Part shown: one piece after another, positions 7,129 to 12,919 of the stretch
How positions within the stretch are numbered: the first letter of the stretch is position 1
How the letters are laid out: the number at the start of each line of letters is the position of its first letter
Source: Myxococcota bacterium
GTDB taxonomy: Bacteria; Myxococcota_A; UBA796; UBA2385
DNA: 12,919 nucleotides
Assembly (NCBI GenBank): GCA_044344255.1
Contig: JBIJDH010000056.1
Location: 1 to 12,919 of the forward strand
Direction: 5' to 3'
Program-made: the position numbers and the translations under genes
Notes under the pieces: generated by a model
Databases searched by the model: none
Told to the model about the DNA's origin: nothing
What the model saw: the letters and a program-made list of their open reading frames with translations, nothing else

Positions 7129-9141
7129 ATGCAGTTCCGTTCCGCCGCACTGGCCGTCGTCGTCGGCGTTGCCGCCGCGATTTTCGGGTTCGCGCTTGCC
7201 TGGCCTGACCCACAGAGCCTCTTCTTCGTGAGCCTTGCGGCGGGCGTCTGGTTGCTTTTTGGCGGCGGCCTACTCCTACATGTGCGTCGCGTCGAGTCCG
7301 CTGAACGCACGGTCGGGAGCGCGCAATCTCTCCCAGACCTCGAGAAGGGGCCCTGGGGTGACGTCGCCGCCACGGTCCGTGCCTCTCTCACGGGCCCGTC
7401 CGTTGCGGGCGGCGCCCCGCGCCGCACGCGGAGCGCGGCAGAAGCGCTGCGTCATGGCAACACCTCCGTGCATACCGCCATCTCCCCATTCCCGTGGCTG
7501 CACTCGGGCCAGGCAGTGCTCGTGTCCATCGGCTTGTTCGGCACCTTCTTCGGCCTCTCGCTCGGACTGCGGGAGTCGATCCCGTGTATCGACCCGCAGA
7601 ACGGCGAGCACGCGGCGTGTGTGGAGGAAGCGCTCGCCGCGGCGGACGATGGAGGCGAGGTCGACGGCGACACGCTCGCCATGCAGATGGGCATGTCGCG
7701 TCTGCTTGGCGGTGCGCGCACTGCGTTCAGCAAGTCGGTGGCCGGTATCGGGCTCGGCATGTCGTACATGCTTCTCTGGCGGCTCGCGGAGCGAAGGCGC
7801 AGCCGCCTCCTCCACTCCCTGACGAGGCGGGTGGATGGGTGGCATACGTTCGTCTCCCCGGACGAGCTCGCTCGAGAGGGCCTCGAACTGATCACGGCGG
7901 AGGTCCGCGCGCTCCGCGACGCCCAGCCTGACGGGGCTGCCCTCTCGGAAGCGGCGCGCCAGCTGGGTACGGGCGCGCGATCATTGGCGTCGGTCGCTGA
8001 TCGCCTCGGTGAGGTCTCCGCCACGCTGGGGGATTTCAAGGCAGAAACGATCGCCGCCGAGGTGTCGAAGGGCGTCAGTCGCGCCGTGGAGGACCGTCTC
8101 GCACCCACCTTGGACAACATCAGCAAGGAGCTTCGCATCCTGCACGACATGAAGCGTGAGCAGGACGAGGCCGTTGCGCGTCATCTCCGCACGCTTGTCG
8201 ACTCGCTCCGTGAGGATGCGCTGCTCCCGATATCGAGGGAAGTGGCGGCCACGAACGCGCAGACACGCGAGGTGGCCGAGGTCGTCCGGTCGCTGGGAGC
8301 GTCCGTGGCCGCCTCGACACAGGCGGTTCATCAGACCTCGGTGCAGATGGGCGAGCTGACGGTCAACCTCGCCGCGTTCCAGAAAGACGCGATTGGGCAG
8401 CTCAACGAGTTCGCGGACAGCCTGAACGGGACGCTTAGCACCTTCACCCGAGAGAGCGCCGCGAGCTTTCAGCAGATGGGCGCGGACATTCATGGGGCGG
8501 TGGGGGCCGCCGAGCTCGCGATGGTGGGACAGCGCGTGGCGTTCGAGCAGAGCGCCGCCGAGGCCCGAAACGCGTTCTCCGCGCAGACCGCCGCTTTGCG
8601 CGAAGCCGGTGAGGTGGCATCCTCCGAGATCAAGTCCGCGGGCCAGGAGGCGAGCCTCGCACTGCGAGTCGTGCGAACCGAGTTCGCCGATGCGCTATCG
8701 AGCCAGCGCGATGCGCTCGAGGGCATCCTCGGACAGCTCGAAGGGGCGTTCCGGCGGGATTTACAGGAGCGCGAGGATTTCGAGCGAAAGACCGCCGACG
8801 CCCTGAGGAAGCTAGAGAAGCTGATTGCGCGGACCGCTGCGACCGACGCGGAGCTGCGCCAAGTCTATACGGAGGCGAACCAGACCCTTGGCCGCGCGCT
8901 CGGAGAAACCGGAAGGCAGATCGCCACCCAACGCGAGGCCCTCGACGCGCTCCGCGAAGCGCTGGGCGATCATCTCCGTGCGGCGGCGGACGCGCACCGC
9001 AAGTTCCTCTCGGAGGAGGACAAGCACCTCACCGAGGTGCTCGGGAAGCTCTACGGGCTGGTGGGCGTGCTGGCAGAGACGACTCGAGTCGTTAACCAGC
9101 GCGGCGCGGCGCGGCAGGCGGCAGATGACTCCGCCCAGTGA
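7129..9141 (+). CDS. zorA: ZorA-like MotA/ExbB-family membrane protein with long alpha-helical cytoplasmic tail (Zorya defence), 670 aa
   Basis: TM motifs LVSIGLFGTFFGLSLGL and LLGGARTAFSKSVAGIGLG match the ZorA/MotA pattern (G..GTF.G...GL; LL.G...AF.xS..G). About 450 aa of Ala/Glu/Leu/Gln-rich helical tail follows. A MotB/ZorB-like gene lies in the same operon. Confidence 0.85.
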   Translation: MQFRSAALAVVVGVAAAIFGFALAWPDPQSLFFVSLAAGVWLLFGGGLLLHVRRVESAERTVGSAQSLPDLEKGPWGDVAATVRASLTGPSVAGGAPRRTRSAAEALRHGNTSVHTAISPFPWLHSGQAVLVSIGLFGTFFGLSLGLRESIPCIDPQNGEHAACVEEALAAADDGGEVDGDTLAMQMGMSRLLGGARTAFSKSVAGIGLGMSYMLLWRLAERRRSRLLHSLTRRVDGWHTFVSPDELAREGLELITAEVRALRDAQPDGAALSEAARQLGTGARSLASVADRLGEVSATLGDFKAETIAAEVSKGVSRAVEDRLAPTLDNISKELRILHDMKREQDEAVARHLRTLVDSLREDALLPISREVAATNAQTREVAEVVRSLGASVAASTQAVHQTSVQMGELTVNLAAFQKDAIGQLNEFADSLNGTLSTFTRESAASFQQMGADIHGAVGAAELAMVGQRVAFEQSAAEARNAFSAQTAALREAGEVASSEIKSAGQEASLALRVVRTEFADALSSQRDALEGILGQLEGAFRRDLQEREDFERKTADALRKLEKLIARTAATDAELRQVYTEANQTLGRALGETGRQIATQREALDALREALGDHLRAAADAHRKFLSEEDKHLTEVLGKLYGLVGVLAETTRVVNQRGAARQAADDSAQ

Positions 9142-10621
9142 CCTCTCCGCGGGCACGCTGTGGGGGAGCTTGCCCTCGCGGCAGGAGGCAGGCGCACTTC
9201 GGCCCGCCTTTCCGCAGCCGAGCACGCTGGACATCCGACCGTACGCGCTCGCGGCGCTCGCCGCCCAGCTCGCGCACGCTCCCAGCGCAGGCGGCCGCGA
9301 TGTCGGGGTTCCCTCATGGCCACCTCGTGGCTCGGGGGAGGTCTTCGCGGACATAGCCGCGGCCCGACGTGTCCTGGCGATCGAGGTGTGGACGCTGCTC
9401 GCTGATACGGAGTGGTGGGCCCGTGTGCGGACCGCGCGCGACCCGCTGGTGGCCGATGCCACCACCGCAGCCCGTGTGCTTTGGAGGCGCGCACACAGCG
9501 ATTCCGGACTTGCCTCCGACCTCCGCTGGGGTGCCGCGATGGTGCTCGGCAACCTCGGCTCGTCGACTCCGAAGGAGGTCGCGCGAACGTGGGAGAGTGC
9601 GCCGCCCGGTGACTTGCGAATTCTTGGTCTGATCGCCAATGATACTGGGATACCTCTCGCGCTCGACGCGATGTTCGCCGGGAGCTCCCCGCGCCGGTAT
9701 CTCCTCGATCGAGGATTCCCGGGCGTGCTCGGGATCGCGGACGACGCGGCCGTAGCTGGGATTCAGACGTTCCTGGCTGCGCCGTGGCCAACGCGCGAAC
9801 GATGGGTCATCGCCTGCCTGGAGGACCTCCCCCTGGCGCGCCGAGATGCGTGCGTCGACGAGATTGTCCGGTCACTCTCCGACGACGACGCGATCCAATT
9901 CGCGGCGCTGCGGGCGCGGATCCTCGCCTGGTACGCGGACGAAGGCATTTCACGTCTGTCGAGCTGGGCACAGACACGCCTTCGGCGGTGGGACGGGATG
10001 GCGAGTTGGGACGACATCGAGCGTTTCGTGGAGCGGATCTTCAACCGGCGCGTCTCTGATCTCGACCGGATGATCGGCGCACCGGCGACCGACGATGCGT
10101 TCGTCCAGGCAAGGTGGGCGCTCGGTCGAGTGGCGATCTGGTCCAACTACTCGGCGCAGTTCCGACGCGTTCGGATCTTCGTGCCGCAGCGTCAGCTGAA
10201 GCTGTTCCGGCGCCCGGACGGTAGCCTGCCCGAGAACGTGTCGCCCGCCGAAGGCGCGGAGCCCCCGTCGGCTATCTTCGCGGTGGGCGGCTACATCGTG
10301 GTGCAGTACCTCTATGACGACGTGGCCCGAGCCAACCGCGGCGGCGGCGCGCGGCGCCCGACGCTGTTCTACAAGCGTGCGCCCCCGGATGGCAGCGCAC
10401 CCAATGCAACGGATCACCCCTCCGGCATCGGCCTCGACCAGTTGGCGCCGGGCTACCTTTCGCGCCTCTCGGTTACCGCCCGTGTCGAGTGCTGGGGCGA
10501 ACTGTGGCAGCGCCGCCTCTACGAGACCATCGAGCGCCTCAACATCCCCCGGAACGCCGGCCTCGCGCGCTTCCGCGGGTTCTTGCCGAAACACCTCAAC
10601 GCCAATGGTCTGCCGAGGTAG
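9125..10621 (+). CDS. zorC: EH-signature-domain / ZorC-like protein, about 498 aa
   Basis: The probable start is ATG 9125, overlapping the zorA 3' end by 17 nt. The C-terminal half (LSSWAQTRLRRW..SWDDIERFVERIF..RVAIWSNYSAQFRRVRIF..AIFAVGGYIVVQY..LWQRRL) follows, as I recall it, the EH_Signature layout of ZorC-like proteins. Its position inside a zorA/zorB operon supports the call. Needs HMM confirmation. Confidence 0.65.
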   Translation: MTPPSDLSAGTLWGSLPSRQEAGALRPAFPQPSTLDIRPYALAALAAQLAHAPSAGGRDVGVPSWPPRGSGEVFADIAAARRVLAIEVWTLLADTEWWARVRTARDPLVADATTAARVLWRRAHSDSGLASDLRWGAAMVLGNLGSSTPKEVARTWESAPPGDLRILGLIANDTGIPLALDAMFAGSSPRRYLLDRGFPGVLGIADDAAVAGIQTFLAAPWPTRERWVIACLEDLPLARRDACVDEIVRSLSDDDAIQFAALRARILAWYADEGISRLSSWAQTRLRRWDGMASWDDIERFVERIFNRRVSDLDRMIGAPATDDAFVQARWALGRVAIWSNYSAQFRRVRIFVPQRQLKLFRRPDGSLPENVSPAEGAEPPSAIFAVGGYIVVQYLYDDVARANRGGGARRPTLFYKRAPPDGSAPNATDHPSGIGLDQLAPGYLSRLSVTARVECWGELWQRRLYETIERLNIPRNAGLARFRGFLPKHLNANGLPR

Positions 10622-10624
10622 CCG

Positions 10625-10969
10625 ATGACCGAATCCCATCCTGACCTCGCCGACCTCGTCGCTCGGATAGCGTCCTTCAACGACGTATGGCACGCGCTAC
10701 GCGACCTCTGCCCCGACGAGGACGCGGACGAGCCGAGCCTCGCGGGGCTGCGAGACCTCAAGTCCGTCTTGCAAGCTCGCCTTCTTCGGGATCCCCGCCG
10801 CGTCGCCTTCCTCATACGTGACGAGGATCCTCGTCTCGTGGAGTCCTGCTACACCGTGGCGCTCTACGAACCCCTCGCGGGACGCCGCGATGCGTGCCAC
10901 CTCCCCGAGCGGGTGGCGCGCCGCGTGCTGACGGAGCGCGAGATCAGCGCGCTTCTGGTGGAGCGATGA
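10625..10969 (+). CDS. Hypothetical 114-aa soluble protein inside the Zorya-like operon
   Basis: ATG lies 3 nt after the zorC-like TAG, with GAGGT upstream. Its TGA overlaps the zorB-like ATG (ATGA at 10966-10969). Composition is globular-protein-like (RDLKSVLQARLLR, YTVAL, DACHLPERVA). Confidence 0.8.
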   Translation: MTESHPDLADLVARIASFNDVWHALRDLCPDEDADEPSLAGLRDLKSVLQARLLRDPRRVAFLIRDEDPRLVESCYTVALYEPLAGRRDACHLPERVARRVLTEREISALLVER

Positions 10970-12096
10970 GCGAGCCCCGCCCGGAGGTAGACGGCGCTGG
11001 CGGAGAGGAGGAAATTCCCTGGCTGTCGTTCTCCGACGCGGTCACGGCGCTGCTGTTTGTGTTCATCGCGACCACGTTCTGGTTCATGTTCGAGCTTCGC
11101 CTCGCCGTGGCAAAGCAGAACGCCGAGACCGCGCGCCTCACCGGCGCGAACGTTGCTGCCGGGCAGCTCCTTCAGGGAGTGGAGGTATGTCTCACCCAGC
11201 GCACAACCGAAGGCGTTCGTGTTCGTCCGGTGGTCGAAAAGGACTCCCGGACAATGTCCCTCTACATCGAGCCGCGGGCGAGTACGGTTGTGGAGTGGTT
11301 CCAAGTTTGTAGCGCGCAGATCACGGATGACGCCGCGGCCGTTGTGGACATGGCTCGCGACTGCCTCGCGAAGGAAGTTCCTGGCCTGACCGACGACTAC
11401 ACCGTAGTCCTCACGCTGGAGGGCCACACTGACGCCCGCCCTCCGATGTCGAACTGCCGGGAGCGGTTCCCCTCGAATTGGGAGCTGTCGGGCGCACGGG
11501 CAGGCGCCGCGTTGCGCCGCTTGCTCTGCGAAGACGGACAGTGCACGCCGGATGCGCTGGCGAGCGCTGCTGATCTCCGTGCTCTGGCACAGGACCGCGA
11601 CCGCCTCCAGGTTGTAGCAGCCGGGCGCGCCGAGTCGATCCCCGCTTGGCGCGCGCTCTGCGCCACCGACTGGACGGGGGCCGCCGCGCTGCCGGAGCTC
11701 GATCGGGCTGTCTGTGCGGCATTGTCCGACGAAGACACTCCGCTTTCGACGCGCGTCGCATCCGTACGGACAGAGATCTCCGCCGCGCTCGGGACCGGGT
11801 ACTTCGGCCGCACGCTCGACACATCCGATCTCGCGCTCGTCGCCTGGGCCAACGATCCGGGGTGCATGGGGGGCAAGGGAGATGCTGCCATCTGTGCGGA
11901 GCGGTTCAGACGACTTCGGCGGGTGGACATGCGCGTGGATCTGCGGCCGCGCCCAGGTGCTGCGGAAGATCGGGCGCGTGCCGACCGTAAGGCGCTAGGC
12001 GCGCGGCCGAATATTGTTCCCACGTCGCGGGGCGCTGCGGTCGGCGCGACACTCGAGGGCATCGCCAATGTTCCGGAGCTTGGCGAGGATGAATGA
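10966..12096 (+). CDS. zorB: ZorB-like MotB/OmpA-family protein with Cys-rich periplasmic region, about 376 aa
   Basis: The start is ATG 10966 (ATGA overlap). A single N-terminal TM, WLSFSDAVTALLFVFI, carries the conserved ion-conducting Asp (D24, 11035-11037). OmpA-like peptidoglycan-binding motifs are LEGHTD, NWELSGARA, AAGRAESIP and RRVDMRV. Confidence 0.88.
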   Translation: MSEPRPEVDGAGGEEEIPWLSFSDAVTALLFVFIATTFWFMFELRLAVAKQNAETARLTGANVAAGQLLQGVEVCLTQRTTEGVRVRPVVEKDSRTMSLYIEPRASTVVEWFQVCSAQITDDAAAVVDMARDCLAKEVPGLTDDYTVVLTLEGHTDARPPMSNCRERFPSNWELSGARAGAALRRLLCEDGQCTPDALASAADLRALAQDRDRLQVVAAGRAESIPAWRALCATDWTGAAALPELDRAVCAALSDEDTPLSTRVASVRTEISAALGTGYFGRTLDTSDLALVAWANDPGCMGGKGDAAICAERFRRLRRVDMRVDLRPRPGAAEDRARADRKALGARPNIVPTSRGAAVGATLEGIANVPELGEDE

Positions 12097-12148
12097 CACG
12101 GTCTCCGCCAATCTCGCTTCCGATGCGAATTGACCACCACCTGCGAAG

Positions 12149-12596
12149 CTATGCGAGGTAGGTCCGATGCCCCTCCGTGAGCCCGCGGACACGCCGATGC
12201 CGGTCGAGCCCCAGCACGCCGAGCGCGTGGTCGTCGAGCGAGGCCGAGACAACCACCCGCCCGTCATCCTTCACGGTGATGAGCCCCACGTCGAAGGCGG
12301 CGTCCAGGTGGGCTGTGCGCAACAGCCCGTTGTACACGTCGAGGCGCTCCCGGTCGGTCTCGCAGTCCTTCCAGGGGCGGGCGTGGCTGGCGCGCAGCAG
12401 GCGGGGGACGGCGAGCCCGGAGATGGCGCAGCGCCCCTCCCAGAGGTCGAGCAGGCCGCCGCGGTAGAGGTCCTGGCCCACGCGCTCGACGACGAGCCGC
12501 TCGGCCTCGGTGCTGCGGGGGAGGCTGGCGGTGCGGGTTGCGATGGTGTCGTAGAGCGCGTCGGGGAGGGGTCTGGGCCAGGAGGAGGGCGCGGCG
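12149..12596 (-). pseudogene. HNH endonuclease (HNH_2-type) fragment, 5'-truncated and frameshifted
   Basis: TEAERLVVERVGQDLYRGGLLDLWEGRCAISGLAVPRLLRASHARPW...LDVYNGLL..HLDAAFD.GLIT is the typical RxGQ..R..C..SG..L.ASH..PW..NGL family pattern. An extra C at 12568-12571 breaks RRALLLAQT/LPDAL. The frame ends YLA-TAG where homologues usually continue YLxWHR. No start codon of its own is evident. Confidence 0.8.
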
Positions 12597-12917
12597 CTCC
12601 AGGTCGTCGAGGGTGCGGGCGAGGGCCTCGTCACCCCCCTCGTCGAGATCTGCCCACAGACAGGCGGTGGCCACGACGCCGGCCTTGGTGCCGTCGCGCC
12701 CCTCGCGCACCGCGCCGGCCACCCAGACGTGGCGCCCTACGGGGGCTCGGTAGGCGGCGAGGGCCTCGGCGCTGCCGAACCACTCGCGGCGCTCAAGCTG
12801 CGGCCGACCCCACCGGGGGCCGCCGTCGGGGCCTGCGGGGAGCGGGCGCTCCGGTCGCATCACCCGGACCTCGATCTCCCGGCCCGGGGTCAGGAGCGTG
12901 GGCGGGAACAGGATCGA
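12597..12917 (-). pseudogene. RepB-type DNA primase (AEP-like) N-terminal fragment, 5' end outside the window
   Basis: The frame is open from the window edge: ..PGREIEVRV..WFGSAEAL..HVWVAGAVREGRDGTKAGVVATACLWADLD. This resembles the RepB-primase N-terminus (iEvR; vy.g...R; G.k..V; lwaDlD). The downstream SG.G.H motif is absent because the frame runs into HNH-like sequence. Confidence 0.5.
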
Positions 12918-12919
12918 GG

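Noticed and set aside
8825..9124. N-terminal extension of the 598-aa ORF
   Set aside because: It lies within zorA in a shifted frame with Arg/Ser-rich composition. ATG 9125 is more plausible.
7129..12096. Flagellar motAB, exbBD/tolQR or a chemoreceptor
   Set aside because: There are no flagellar, TonB or chemotaxis genes nearby. The long tail on the A subunit and the EH-like neighbour fit Zorya better, and no MCP hairpin-tip motif is visible.
12149..12634. HNH ORF as ZorE, making this a type II Zorya
   Set aside because: It is on the opposite strand, truncated and frameshifted, and resembles a generic HNH_2 restriction-type family. It is not part of the operon.
1..12919. CRISPR array, tRNA/rRNA or tandem repeat array
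   Set aside because: I saw no regularly spaced repeats or RNA-gene signatures. The PD-(D/E)XK Fe-S domain is part of an AddB-like protein, not a stand-alone Cas4.

Overview
High-GC window that reads as a defence island with scars of mobile DNA. The left half (minus strand) is an intact, translationally coupled AddB-like/AddA-like pair: a PD-(D/E)XK nuclease with a 4-Cys Fe-S pattern, and a UvrD/SF1 helicase fused to a PD-(D/E)XK nuclease. The middle holds two abutting IS remnants, an IS66-type tnpA fragment and a frameshifted IS3-type integrase core. The right half (plus strand) is a tightly coupled four-gene operon resembling a non-canonical Zorya anti-phage system: zorA-like, EH-signature/zorC-like, an unknown 114-aa ORF, and zorB-like. 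It has no zorD or zorE in the window, and ZorB carries a Cys-rich insertion. A perfect 11-bp inverted repeat precedes the operon. At the right edge is a convergent, degraded chimera of a RepB-type primase N-terminus and an HNH endonuclease. All family calls come from motif recognition by eye, not from database searches.
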